Of a stretch of 64,000 nt of DNA, positions 33,274 through 47,615 are shown one piece after another. Every line of letters begins with the position of its first letter. Position 1 is the stretch's first letter. A model generated the notes under the pieces. It was not told the origin of the DNA and ran no database searches. It saw nothing but the letters and a program-made list of their open reading frames with translations. The stretch lies in the NCBI GenBank assembly GCA_964016885.1, contig OZ024742.1:248806001-248870000 (forward strand), read 5' to 3'. Origin of the DNA: Eledone cirrhosa (Eukaryota). The position numbers were made by a program, and so were the translations under genes.

Positions 33274-33599
33274 ATTATCCACTCTACTACCCTAAGTATT
33301 GAGTACTTTGGTGCGTTATGGTCCACCTGGTTCCTTACCACATTTCCTTCGTTATATATATATATATATATAAATATATATATATATGTATTTATATTGT
33401 TATACTTGGGGAGGGTCATATTTGTGTAATATTGCCAGAATTAATAACAGAACACACTCACTGTTTGGTTGGTTTTCGCTTTTCGCTTCTGTGTCTTTTA
33501 TATCAGTAATCTAATTTATTCGGTCCTCAATGTTGCCATTGACTGACCAACGGTCAAAAATACAGATACAATATAGACACAAACACATATATATAGTTT

Positions 33600-33641
33600 A
33601 TCAAAGTTCTTTCGTTGCACATCTGCAACATCGTCAATGGT
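33600..33641 (-). ncRNA. Hammerhead motif (family D) within PLE 3'-end unit ~33397-33765
   Basis: ACCA TTGACGA t GTTGCA-gatg-TGCAAC GAAA GAAC TT^TGAT. Stem II covaries with the 10035-10077 copy. Confidence 0.65.
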
Positions 33642-33791
33642 GCTATTGTTTCCTCCCGTTGCATTGTATTTTCTACGCCATCTTTGTTTAGTCTGTTTAT
33701 ATAACAATATGTGTTTCGACACACGATTTCATATCAAAAACCTCGCAAAACTAATTCATCGCCGTTATATATATATATATATATATATATA

Positions 33792-34089
33792 AGAAAGTGA
33801 GGTTTTTTTTACAAAATGAAAAATAACCGAGGTGTCCTACACGAGTGGAAGTATAAAGAAAAAGAGATGAAATCGAAAATGCAACTGAAGTCTTATTTTT
33901 TTTTAAAATATATATATTTATTTGGTTCCTTTACCGGTTTCGCAGTTCTTGTGAGAAAAACCAGAGACCCTCCATCTCAACTCACCTTTTGAAAAGCAGA
34001 AGAACTGCGAAACCGGTAAAGGAACCAAATAAATATATATATTATTTAAAAAAATAAGACTTCAGTTGCATTTTCGATTTCATCTCTTT

Positions 34090-34093
<4 letters not shown>
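33792..34093. mobile_element. Fold-back PLE 3'-end unit (family C) between (TA)n tracts
   Basis: Left arm (-) 33792-33950 and right arm (+) 33953-34093. Solo copy at 37879-38092. Confidence 0.9.
33985..34022 (+). ncRNA. Minimal hammerhead motif, U3-A8 variant (family C)
   Basis: CCTT TTGAAAA GCAG-aagaa-CTGC GAAA CCGG TA^AAGG. All three stems pair perfectly, and the cleavage triplet is GUA. Confidence 0.85.
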
Positions 34094-34136
<43 letters not shown>

Positions 34137-34180
34137 CATATACATAAATACCCCCCCTCCCCCACCACCACCACCACCTA

Positions 34181-34211
<31 letters not shown>

Positions 34212-34224
34212 ATATTATTATTAA

Positions 34225-34530
34225 CTTTGCCGAGGTTAACTTTGCCTTACATCCTTATGGGGTCGATAAAATAAAGTACCAGTAATACACTGGGTAATTG
34301 CTGGCCTGGTGCCAAAAGTGGAAACAATTATTAATAGAGTGGTGGGTTGTCACTATCGGTACAGCATCAGCCAACAAGCTATGCGGCATTGAGTTACGTT
34401 CCTTTACGTTATGTGTTCAAATCTCACCTATGTTAGCTTTGCCCCATTATCCTTACGGGCTCGGTAAATAATGTACCAGTAACGCACTATGGTCAATTTA
34501 ATCGACTCTTCTTCTCCTCAAAATTATAAT
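34225..34530 (+). mobile_element. Two main-family SINE copies (5'-truncated 34225-34330; diverged 34335-34530)
   Basis: Both match the SINE core. Confidence 0.8.
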
Positions 34531-34693
34531 TATTTTCCGAAGTCAATGCTACCTTTACATTCGGGAGATAAAATATAAACTTTGCTACTATATATTGAGC
34601 ACCGCGGCATTTTTTAGTATCCTTTTGATTAAATACGCAAACATCCTGTGAACTCATTAGTTCATTACCTGATTTTCTCAGCTATTATATTCA

Positions 34694-35578
<885 letters not shown>

Positions 35579-35668
35579 GGAGTTGCGACCGATAGATAGT
35601 ATTAGCAATTGGAAAGACCAACGGAAACATTGTTACCTCTGTCCGATTTGACGAAAGTCGATCGACTG

Positions 35669-35772
<104 letters not shown>

Positions 35773-35949
35773 CAAAGATTATGCAGGAAACCTAATCAAA
35801 GCGGAAAGACATGGGATTAGTTATGAAAATTACATGCCAGTGATGAGTGGGGTAGTGTGCTCAATGCATATAACTTGCAAGACTACAAAATCAGTAAGCC
35901 AGAGTAAAGATGTCCAGCAAGCATGGAATAAGCAAAGTCAAAATACAAA

Positions 35950-37515
35950 TATTAAATATCAGAGAGAATAACATCAGAATTTTGAAAAATTACATTTGCT
36001 GTCTGACAAATTGTTTCATAAACGAAATCATTAATTTGTACACCATCACCTTTACTATCGATGTTTGTACAGTAAAAATAATTGTTCGATAAGATTCCTC
36101 TGCGGAGCCAAAAAGAAAACATTGCAACATAACAATTCAAATGGAAATCATATCACTGAATAAAAGGCTATAATATACTCGATACTTGGAGTAAAAGAGT
36201 TCGCATTCTTGTGATGGTTTTAGACCCGTTATATCCAAACCATTCTCCACATTGTTAGACTATATTAATAATGTTTCACTTTCCTCATTAGTAACACTTC
36301 TTACTTTTCTTAACCGAAATCTTTTTCAATAATATTTTATTTTCCATTTACTGATATTTTTTTAATATCTCATGTCCTCTTTCCTTTTCGACCTTAGTAT
36401 ATATCATTAATCTTATTTACACCCATTTTAATATAATTTTGTTTAATTATTTTCAATTAATTTTAATTAACTTCGGATCACTTTTATTCATCTCATCTAT
36501 ACATTTTTAGTGTGAATGTTTACCATAAGATTCCCTCTTCGGAGCCAAAAGGGAAATATTAGAACATAACAATTCAAAAGGAAATCATGTCACTGAAAAA
36601 AAAAAGGCTACAATAAACTCAATATTTGGATTAAAAGAGTTCGCATTCTTGTGATGTTTTGGGAGATGGTCCATTAAGGCAGCGAGCAGCATAACGGTTC
36701 GAAAAATAAGATGGGTGAATTCGAATGTAGTCAGAAGAGTGAATAACAGGAGACATAACTCATAACAAAGGGAGATAAAATAGTAGAACTGTATATATTA
36801 TGGTCAATTTAAAATTATCAAGTAGTTACGGGAAAAGAGATGGGGAAAAGCTTTACAAAAATTAAAAAATAATAATTTAAGAGAAAAGATATCAAAAATA
36901 TATTTAATTAGTATAAAATAGCAGGAGGAAAGTTTAATCAGTAAACATTCACACTAAAAATGTATAGATAAGATGAATAAAAGTGATCCGAAGTTAATTA
37001 AAATTAATTGAAAATAATTAAACAAAATTATATTAAAATGGGTGTAAATAAGATTAATGATATATACTAAGGTCGAAAAGGAAAGAGGACATGAGATATT
37101 AAAAAAATATCAGTAAATGGAAAATAAAATATTATTGAAAAAGATTTCGGTTAAGAAAAGTAAGAAGTGTTACTAATGAGGAAAGTGAAACATTATTAAT
37201 ATAGTCTAATAATGTGGAGAATGGTTTGGATATAACGGGTCTAAAACCATCACAAGAATGCGAACTCTTTTAATCCAAGTATCGAGTATATTATAGCCTT
37301 TTATTCAGTGATATGATTTCCATTTGAATTGTTATGTTCCAATGTTTTCTTTTTGGCTCCGCAGAGGGAATCTTATCGAACAATTATTTTTACTGTACAA
37401 ACATGGATAGTAAAGGTGATGGTGTCCAAATTAATGATTTCGTTTATGAAACAATTTGTCAGACAGCAAATGTAATTTTTAAAAATTCTGATGTTGTCCT
37501 CTCTGGAGTTTAATA
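35950..37515. repeat. Large inverted repeat: ~570-bp arms (35950-36522 / 36942-37515) with a ~420-bp spacer containing a third partial copy (36526-36658)
   Basis: Arms are reverse complements with only scattered mismatches. The spacer repeats 36090-36220 directly. Confidence 0.92.
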
Positions 37516-37537
37516 TATGAATATATATATATATATA

Positions 37538-37850
37538 TTATTCAAAATATTAATAAATGGATACATTCACATAATCAAAATATATGTTTTATTATATATA
37601 TTTCGGAGGTACTGTGCTGTTTTTCAGTACGTCCTCATCAGATAAAATACATAAATTGATGTATGTCATACCTCAACTGTGCTGAAGGTTCAATTCCAGT
37701 CTGCCAAGACTGAAAAAACCGCACAGTACCTCCGAAATATATATAATAAAACATATATTTTGATTATGTGAATGTATCCATTTATTAATATTTTGAATAA
37801 TATTAATTACTCAAGAAAACTTCATTGTTGAGTGCTTTTAATCTATTGTT
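37538..37850. mobile_element. Fold-back PLE 3'-end unit (family A)
   Basis: Left arm (-) 37538-37700 and right arm (+) 37710-37850, with (TA)n on both sides. Confidence 0.9.
37587..37647 (-). ncRNA. Type I hammerhead motif (family A, best preserved copy)
   Basis: TTTTAT CTGATGA GGACGTACTG-aaaaacagca-CAGTACCTCC GAAA TATATA TA^ATAAAA. Confidence 0.85.
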
Positions 37851-37878
37851 ATATATATATATATATATATATGATGTT

Positions 37879-38086
37879 AGAAAAAACCACAGACCCTCCA
37901 TCTCAACTCTACTTTTGAAAAGCAGAAGAACTGCGAAACCGGTAAAGGCACCAAATAAATATATATATTTTTTTTAAAATAAGACTCCAGTTGCATTTTC
38001 GATTTCATCTCTTTTTCTTTATACTTTCACTCGTGTAGGACACCTCGGTTATTTTTCATTCTGTGACCAAAAAAAATAAACCTCAC

Positions 38087-38092
<6 letters not shown>
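37879..38092 (+). mobile_element. Solo family C unit with hammerhead at 37912-37947
   Basis: CTT TTGAAAA GCAG-aagaa-CTGC GAAA CCGG TA^AAG, then AATAAA, with (TA)n flanks. Confidence 0.85.
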
Positions 38093-38118
<26 letters not shown>

Positions 38119-38215
38119 GTAAATATGATAATAAGGGCGCTGCGGAGTTGCAAATGGGTTACATATGAAAAAAGTTTGTCCTTCATCAGTGATCTTCCAA
38201 CTATCACAGGCATTT

Positions 38216-38293
<78 letters not shown>

Positions 38294-38331
38294 GACGTAA
38301 AATAAGAAAATTTTAAAAATCAAAGATCAAC

Positions 38332-38396
<65 letters not shown>

Positions 38397-38679
38397 AATT
38401 AGTAAATGAGTGAAAAATAACATAGTCGGTTGTAAAATAGGGTTTATTCAAAGTATTAACAATTGTTTCATTAGTCCTATGTATCTAAAAATCGCTGATC
38501 GCCAGAAACTACTTCACTCCATTTTAATTACAATCGATACCCGACCAAATCTTGACAATACTGATCTGAGTACATGATACAATGTGCTAGTATTTATAGA
38601 TATATGGGAAAGTTACATGAATAATAATAAGGATTGCAGTGATGAGGGGATAGAGGGGCAAAATAGTAATGACAATAAT

Positions 38680-38890
38680 GGTTTCTTATATAGGTACAAG
38701 GCCAGCAATTATGGGGGAGGGGAAAGTCGATTCAATCGACCCCAGTGCGTGACTGGTACTTTATTTTATAGACCCCGTAAGGATGAATGGCAAAGTTAAC
38801 CTTGGAGGTATTTGAACTCAGATCATAAAGGGCCGTAACTCTATGCTGCAAAGCATGGCGTCCGACACTCTACCGATACAGCCGATCCAC
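38680..38890 (-). mobile_element. Main-family SINE (long variant)
   Basis: Matches the SINE head, core and tail. Confidence 0.88.
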
Positions 38891-40924
38891 TAATAACATG
38901 GAAAAAGTAAGAGATGTGGTATGAAGAGATGATATGATAAGGGAGATACTTGAGGTAACTTGACAGTGTAATAAAATGGGATGGGATGACATGAGGTTAT
39001 AATTGAGGTCTGAAAGACCTACATTGATATGTTAATTATTGACAGTTAGGTGAATTGATTGGTGGGTCGTGATCAGGTACTACATTGAACTGGTATCCAT
39101 TAGTAACAGTTACGTGGACTCTAGTCTGAGACTGAGCGACATAGATCTAAAACCTATTACTGACAGCCAGGTGGACTGTGATTTAAAAGCGAACATTGAT
39201 GCGGTGCATATTACTGAAAGTTAGGTAAGCTGATTAGTATATTGTCACCTTCGACTGAACTTCATTTATCTACTACCTACTATTGAGAGTTAGAGGAGAA
39301 TGAATACTGTAGAATAAGAGTGTGTTCTAAAACAAAAACAAAAGGCCCTATTGAGACATCCACCTCAGACAAGCAATTACTAAACAGAATTCTAAAAAGT
39401 CTAAAGAAATAATTATGTACCACAAAAACCTTTAAAGATTATTTATGTATTAAATTTACTCTCTCAAAGTTTCGTATTTATAATAAATACTGAAAGGAAA
39501 CCATTCTAAATCTCAAAATATTCACTAAACAGGGGAATATGGGTGCGAAAATGTTTGTGTGAAAACCAATTTGTATGGAAAATAGGTTTGTGAAGAATAG
39601 TTAGTGTGAAAGCTAATATAAGTAATAAGAAATAAAATACATAAAATAAATTACAGAAATTCAAAATAAAACATCAGCCCTGGTTATTCCCCCCTACTCC
39701 ACATTCTATTCCTTAGAGACTCTTTCAACTAAATAATGCCAATTCTTAGATTCTTAGTTAGTTCTTATCCCACATCCATGTTAATGCTTTTTGTCTGTCC
39801 ATACCATATTCCTAGAAAACTAAATGCACTTAGATCTGTGAAAATCTGATAAATCCATTTCTATAAAATAAAAGCGCTCATACTTTTTTTTTTTTTGCTG
39901 AAATGATTGTTGTTTATCTTTCCTTCGTGAGTCCGTTAAGGAGTTTCATCAGTTTCTATTCATCAGTTTTTGTACAATTTTTTTCTTTCATCGGAGGCTC
40001 AAGCATCTGCTTCTTTGTGCTATTGTTGTTGTTATCGTTGTTGTTGTTGTTGTTGTTGTTTTATGTTGCTCCTCACAAAAATATAAATATATTTTTAGCT
40101 CAAAACGTATCAATGTTGAAGTTATTTGAGGTTAATGCGTTGCTAGTTGCACCAAAATAAGGAGCATTACTTTTTAAAGAGAAACTACATAAATATATTA
40201 TGGGTCTACGATAACATATTATTTTAAGCAATACACTGTAACGGCTTAAAATAGGAAAAATGTACACAGTGGAGATTGTAGTCCTAAAGAAACAATACCG
40301 GAAGTAAACACGTGTGATTCATGGTTGGAATAACATTCATTGTAAATCACCTCAGGATTAACAGCATTATGATGGACTGAACAGTAGGCACAAGGTTTCT
40401 TTTTACATTTTTCTATCAACAAACAACATTTAAAGTGTCCTAGCTAGGTTGCCGTCTAATTACGGAAACTAGTGAAAGAATGAAAGAATTCTGAACAATT
40501 TGAACTCGCCACTGAGAGAAACTCTACTGAAGAAATGTCTAGAAATACCAAACAATTCTACATCAAGGCAGACGTGATTGTCTAATGGTAACAAACTACG
40601 TTGGATAATGTAATCCTTAATAGATTCTGGCTAAAGAAACGTTGAAACAGACACCTTTATGTCTGTATTAAATATTATATGTGGAAACACAAACATATGT
40701 ATATATATATATACGTTCTTATGTCTGCGTTAAATAGTTTATGTGGAAACACAAACAGATACACATAAAAGCGCACATATGTATATATATATTGTGAAAA
40801 TATACACAGGTGGCACAAACGTAGTGCACCAGAAAAATAACACTTTGCAATGACATCTTCATATCAGTTGTTTTTGTAACTGGTGGATCAATTTGGGTGG
40901 TGCGTGATATTTGTACACATCCCC

Positions 40925-40972
<48 letters not shown>

Positions 40973-40984
40973 TCATATATATAT

Positions 40985-41411
40985 ATTATTCAAAATATTA
41001 ATAAATGAAGACATTCACATAATCAAAATATATGTTTTATTATATATATTTCGAAGGTACTGTGCTGTTTTTGTAGTACGTCTTCTTCAGATAAAATACA
41101 TGAATTGATGTATGACATACCTCAACTGTCTTCATGGTTCAATTCCAGTATTGGCAGTAATTGAACCATCAAGACAGTTGAGGTATGACATACATCAATT
41201 CATGTATTTTATCTGACGAGGACGTACTAAAAAAACAGCACAGTACCTTCGAAATATATATAATCAAACATATATTTTGATTATGTGAATGTCTTCATTT
41301 ATTAATATTTTGAATAATATTAATAACTCCAGAAAACTTTCTTGTAGAGTGCTTTTAATCTATTGTAAAACTATATTCATTGAGTAATCAATGAACTATA
41401 TTAATCTTTGG

Positions 41412-41413
<2 letters not shown>
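40985..41413. mobile_element. Fold-back PLE 3'-end unit (family A) with a complete hammerhead core in each arm: 41035-41096 (-) and 41207-41268 (+)
   Basis: (-) TTTTAT CTGAAGA AGACGTACT..AGTACCTTC GAAA TATATA TA ATAAAA; (+) TTTTAT CTGACGA GGACGTACT..AGTACCTTC GAAA TATATA TA ATCAAA. Confidence 0.88.
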
Positions 41414-41449
<36 letters not shown>

Positions 41450-41825
41450 GAAGAATTAGAAAAGTTGTTATGTTCAAAAGGAATTACTGACTTTATTTTC
41501 TCATATTTTCCTCTCTTTACGTTGCCTCACCATTCGTGTTTATTTACCTGTCTCTCTTTCTCCACCCAACTCTTTTTATCCCAATAACTTAATTTAGTTA
41601 TTGTATCGCCCTAGCTGGAGGTATATGGTCTGTAATGCGAAGAAATACCTATGATGGCTAGTAGACCACTGATAACGGATATTCCTGGCTTCTATTTCTA
41701 ATTCTTTATTATATATTTCCTATTTGCAACAACACAGCTCGCCATTTTTCATTCACATATATATATATATATATACAGATTAATAATGATAATAATAACA
41801 AGGCGAGTTATTTTACATATTTCAT

Positions 41826-41955
41826 TCATTGTTTTACGATCGTTTCGGTGGCTTGAACATATTGGTATATTGACTGATCTATAGCAGTCAGAGATCTGTA
41901 TACTATTAGACATAATATATGGGGTCGATCATACCGTCTTCTTCGGGAACAATGA
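41826..41955 (-). ncRNA. Decayed hammerhead motif with long stem II
   Basis: TCATTGTTc CCGAAGA(aga)c GGT...ACC GAAA CGATCG TA^aAACAATGA. 8-bp stem I, palindromic stem III and an internal hairpin TGACTG/CAGTCA. The core carries a U4C change. Confidence 0.55.
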
Positions 41956-42117
41956 CGTTAGAATCTTTATTGGTAGTATATAAACAGGGAAAAATATAAG
42001 AATAGACTTACCATACAAATGTATACCATACAAATGTAGATTCCAGATTGCCTCTTTTGATTGATAAAGATAGAGGAAAGAGTGATCTAGGACCCTGTCC
42101 GCCACTATCATTGGAGG

Positions 42118-42150
<33 letters not shown>

Positions 42151-42220
42151 AAGAAGAAGAAGAAGAAGAAGAAGAAGAAGAAGAAGAAGAAGAAGAAGAA
42201 GAAGAAGAAGAAGAAGAAAA

Positions 42221-42370
42221 CAATCATTATAATATGTGTTCTGCCAGTCATTAACAAAATAGACAGATAAATAAAGCCCCAGGACTATTGAATATATAGA
42301 GTATACGGAGAATAGCTTTTATAGCACTGTTCACATGAGATATTGAGTAGCCTCAATGACATATACGCAC
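42221..42370 (-). mobile_element. Unclassified dispersed repeat with (CTT)n tail (copy 2)
   Basis: Homologous to 22034-22185. Abuts (AAG)n at 42121-42219. Confidence 0.7.
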
Positions 42371-42502
42371 ATCATCTTCGTCGTCATCATTTAAAACTTT
42401 GCTAGGATGGATGAATCAGTACTTGAACGGAATTACTGACTTCGCAAAAGGGCCACAAGCTCAGCATCACTAGAGAGGAAGTCCTTATTATAACACACAT
42501 AT

Positions 42503-42853
42503 GCGGTGGTTTGGCAGTATTGGTAGAGCATAGTTATGGGCATTTGCGTTCTGAGTTCAAATCCGCCGAGGATAACTTTGCCTTTCATCCTTACGAGGTC
42601 GATAAAGTAAAGTACCAGTGGTGCACTGATTTAATCGTTGGCCTTGTGCCAAAAGTAGATACCCTAAGGCGGTGGATTGGCAGTATCGGTAGAGGGTCGG
42701 ACGCCATGCTTTGCAGCAAAGAGTTACATCCCTTCTCGTCTGAGTTCAAATCCCGCCGAGGTTAACTTTGCATTTCATCCTTACGGAGTCGATAAAATTA
42801 AGTACCAGTAATACACTGGGTAATTGCTGGCCTTATGCCTAAAGTAGAACCAA
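42503..42853 (+). mobile_element. Head-to-tail SINE dimer flanked by a single 14-bp direct repeat
   Basis: Copies at 42503-42660 and 42667-42853. ttattataacacac occurs at 42485-42498 and 42854-42867. Confidence 0.85.
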
Positions 42854-43130
42854 TTATTATAACACACTTAGTGAATTCTCACGACACTTTGTATATTATA
42901 TTTCCTACGGCTGTATGTCGTTCCTAACAACAACTACTTCACAGAGTGTACTTTGCATGTTCATCATATTGATAACAAGCATGAAGATGATTGTTATGAT
43001 GTTAACAAAGGTAGACATTCTTCCAGTTCTTTCGCAGGTTTTTGATGACGAGATGCCTTTCCTATGATCAAGCAGTGTGTATAAGGTGCAATTTACAGTC
43101 GTGGTTATGCTCTTGGAATAATTGGTTATA

Positions 43131-43161
<31 letters not shown>

Positions 43162-43391
43162 GGAACTGTTACTTTTATCTAAAGACAATTTTTCCAATTC
43201 CATACCGCCCGTCCCTTCAATCTATCGTATTTCTCATTCTTTCTACTGATGAAGGACTATCGTCCTAAACGTTAAGATCCTCAACCTGGTATTTCAAGCG
43301 TTAACCTAATATAATCCTTCCATATACTGTACCGATTGTGTTGTTATTTCTGTTTATCTTTAAGAGAGAGAGAGACACACACACACACACG

Positions 43392-43489
<98 letters not shown>

Positions 43490-43545
43490 GAGAGAGGAAT
43501 GGAGAGAAAGAAATATATGTATATATATATATGTGTGTGTGTGCT

Positions 43546-43617
<72 letters not shown>

Positions 43618-44309
43618 TAGACACACACATACATGCATGCATGCATGCATACATGCATACATACATACATACATACATACATACATACATACATACATAC
43701 ATACATACATACATACATAACATGTACATATATCTTGTCTGTAGTTAGAATTGAAATTCTAACAAATATACACCAAAATATCCAGTAATACTTAATAAAA
43801 TACTAGATAAAAATACTTTATAAAAATATCGTATAAAAACACGTTATAAAACTACTTAATAAAAATACACTATAAATCAACCAACAATATTGTTTCCATA
43901 ATAAAATCGATATTTACATCTATACACTTGAATGGCTACAATTTTACATTGCCTCGATATATTGATATTATTAGTGTTGTTGCAGTTCTTCTTCTTCTTC
44001 TTATTATTATTATTGTTGTTGTTGTTGTTGTTATTCTTGTTGTTGCTGTTTTTATTGTTGTTTTGTTGTTGTTAATGTTGTTGTTTTTGTTGATGCTGTT
44101 ATTAATATTATTAATATCACTGTTATTAGTTTGATATGTATATACGTGTGAATTGGTGCATGTAACGCTATATGCAAGCATATATATTATATATATATAT
44201 GGTACATACAAATTCATACATATATTATATGCATATATATATATATATATATACATATGTAACTATATATATGTATATACATAGAACCTTCGTCGTAATA
44301 TTTTTGACT

Positions 44310-44426
44310 AATATCGGGGCATATAATCCCACGGAACGGAATAAAGATGGCTATCAGCACACATCGGAGTCGAAACCACACCTCATTGTTGTTGGCGGAG
44401 TACGCTACCATTACGCCAAAGAACCC
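44310..44426 (-). mobile_element. Second tRNA-derived SINE-like family (copy 1; copy 2 at ~44740-44815)
   Basis: gggttctt TGGCGTAATGG tagcgt (A box) ... GTTTCGACTCC (B box) gatgtgtgc...cgttccgtgggattatatgccc. Copy 2 reads gtgggttcgattctagtgtgtgc...cgttctgtgggtttatacgccc. Confidence 0.55.
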
Positions 44427-44537
44427 TTCCAGCTTTTTCCGTTATTTTTGGAAGCTGTAACAGAAAGTATATTTGCAACGCAGCGAGCAAAGTTTATAAT
44501 TGAAATAGAAGCTTCGCCATAATACTTATGACTATAA

Positions 44538-44713
44538 TTGTTTCTACTTTAGGCAGAAGGCCAGCAATTACCCAGTGCATTACTGGTACTTTATTTTATC
44601 GACCCCGTAAGGATGAAAGGCAAAGTCAACCTCGGCGGGATTTGAACTCAGATCGTAAAGGGACGTAACTATGCTGGAAAGCATGGCGTCCGTCCCTCTA
44701 CCTACACTGCCAC
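44538..44713 (-). mobile_element. Main-family SINE with 14-bp TSD
   Basis: acttatgactataa at 44524-44537 and 44714-44727. Confidence 0.92.
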
Positions 44714-45534
44714 ACTTATGACTATAAAAGTGTCTAATAATTGGGCGTATAAACCCACAGAACGACAAACAATGGGTACCCGCACACACTAGAATCGAAC
44801 CCACATTTCCCGTTTGACGATGACCTTGTATATGTCAGGCGTAACAACATTTCTTGATTGGTAATCTGACAGTGTTTTGTCAGAGAATCGTGTTAGTTCC
44901 AGGTCGGGATATGCGTTTGCCTTTGGTAGGACATCACTGGCGCATAGTTAGATGTACTAAGGGCTACCTAACTAATATGAAACCAATGGGGTACAGCAGA
45001 TTTATGGTATATGAAATGGAGTACGAAGTAGTGATATGTTAGAAGGGTGTGTGCGACGAAGACCAAAGAAGGAGACTCGGCATTTAAAATGGCTGATGCA
45101 GGGATCATCGTTGGCTATTCTCAGTGGCAGCTCTATTGCTATTGTCTACCACCGAGCACATCTGTGATAGACCGTCCAAACATGGTTGTTCAGAAGGGCC
45201 CGTCCGGATTCCTTTCCCATATATTTTTTCTTCCTCTTAAATCTTTCGTTATTTACTTTTTTTACTTTTTTCATTATGATATTGTAAACGAATTTTGAAA
45301 ATTTTAAATGAGACCTTATCGAAACTAAAAAAAATCGTATTATTAATATAGCTGCAGTTGGTTGTCAAGAAAAGGATTAGAGTGACTATATTACTTGCCA
45401 ACTTAATGTGGGGAACGCATGGATAGCTACTGTGTAGACAAAATAACCACGGTAGGATCATTACTTCTCGGTACTACAAGATGGCGAGATACTGCCAGAG
45501 GGTGCCAAAATCTTCATTATCACCAATCGATACA

Positions 45535-45604
<70 letters not shown>

Positions 45605-45606
45605 GG

Positions 45607-45640
<34 letters not shown>

Positions 45641-46033
45641 GTGTATATATATATATATACTTGTATATATATATCCCTCCCTATGTTTTACACTATAAAA
45701 ATTATCCCTCTTTGTCTCTTTCCTTGATCAATTCTCTTTTGCTCTCTATACTTCTACTAGCTATATTATCACATCATCGGTTTTCTCTCTGTCTTTTTTC
45801 TTTCTTTCTTTTTCTTCAATAATTTAAATTATTTGAATCTCTAACAGTTATGTAAATTGCTGTTATGTATGTTTAAGCTTTCTCACACGCACCCTCTGTA
45901 TTATATGTATTATATGTAAGTTTTTTCATGTCTCAATCTTAAGGTATATAAATATTGAGTTTTGTCATATCTTACTCACTACCAGGACTGGATCTTAACC
46001 ATCTACTATGTCAGCGTATGTCATGCATCATCT

Positions 46034-46100
46034 TATTTTATCTGATGAGGACGTACTGTTGAAGTTAGCTCAGTACTTCTGAAATATGTATAATAAAATA
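46034..46100 (+). ncRNA. Type I hammerhead motif (family A, diverged subfamily)
   Basis: TATTTTAT CTGATGA GGACGTACTG-ttgaagttagct-CAGTACTTCT GAAA TATGTA TA^ATAAAATA. 8-bp stem I. The loop differs from other copies while the stem is kept. Confidence 0.8.
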
Positions 46101-47022
46101 TACTTGATCACAAGAAGTTCTATTTTTGTTAATATTTTGAATTAATATATATATATGGGGGGTATATATATATATATATATATATACGTGTATATATTTG
46201 TATGTTTGTTCGTGCGTGTGTTTATATCTCTATATGTGTGTGCGTGTATGTATTCTACCTCTATGCATTGATTTCTATTACAAAATACACACACATACAC
46301 ACATAAGTATTTGTCAATAATTATTTCTATTTCTTTCCTCTAATTCTCCTCTCGTTTCTCTGTAATAAACATCGTTTTTCAACCATTATTCCATCACACT
46401 TTTTCACTCTTATTTCCGTTCGCATTTTTTTACATACTTTTTATCTATTCTGCATTTTATGTTGTTGTTTTTTAATTCATTTTGTTGCTTCTTCATTATT
46501 TTTGATCCATTTTGGTTTTATATACTTATATTGATTTATCTCCCTTTGTAACTCTCTTTTTCACATTACTTTTTATCGTTATTAAATTTCCCCTCTGTCT
46601 CGCTCATTCTCGTTCTACTTTTCTCACCTCCTCTATCTCGATATCTCCCTCTTCTCTCACAGTCTCTCTTTCACTCACCATCGCTAAATCGCCCCTCACT
46701 GTCTATATGTACCACTTTCTATCACTCTGATTTCTATTCTCCATATATGCCTATCCCTTCTCTCGCTCTATCACCATCTCTCTATATTTCTTTCACTCTT
46801 TCTATGCATCTTTCTCACATTTTCTTACTCTCCCATACTCCATGTGTGTCTGAATATCTCTCTGTATATCTACCGCTCTTTATTTCTTTCTCACCCTCTC
46901 TCAACATCCTTCAATTTCTGTTTAACTTTCTCGGTTTAACGCTCAATCTTTCAATTATTACTCACACTGTTATTTATGTCTCTGTCTTTATCTCGTTCAT
47001 TCACTAACTCCCCCATTTTAAA

Positions 47023-47101
<79 letters not shown>

Positions 47102-47259
47102 CTCTTTCTACCCCATATCCCTCTCACTCTCACCTTTGCTCTTTCTCTCTCTCCATCTATATTTTTCTATCTCTCTCTCTCCTACTCGCCGTTTCACACT
47201 CAATCTCTGTCTCTTTCTCTCTCTCTGTCTTTCACTCTCTCTCTCCCTCTCTCTCTCTC

Positions 47260-47448
<189 letters not shown>

Positions 47449-47574
47449 CATACATACACTTAGATGTACAAATCTTACTTTGCTTTACATTGTCTCTCGC
47501 TTTATCCGTGTACATTTCTCTCTCTCCCCCTCTCTCTCTCTCGCTCTTTCTTTCCTTCTCCCTCTCTCTCTCTA

Positions 47575-47615
<41 letters not shown>

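Noticed and set aside
39000-39300. Degenerate ~58-bp tandem units (acattga...tattactgacagttaggtg)
   Set aside because: Too decayed to define or assign a function.
43246-43276. CTGATGA-A-GGAC tatc GTCC-TAAACGTT
   Set aside because: Looks like a PLE hammerhead relic, but G12 is replaced by T and stem I is weak, so it is probably dead.
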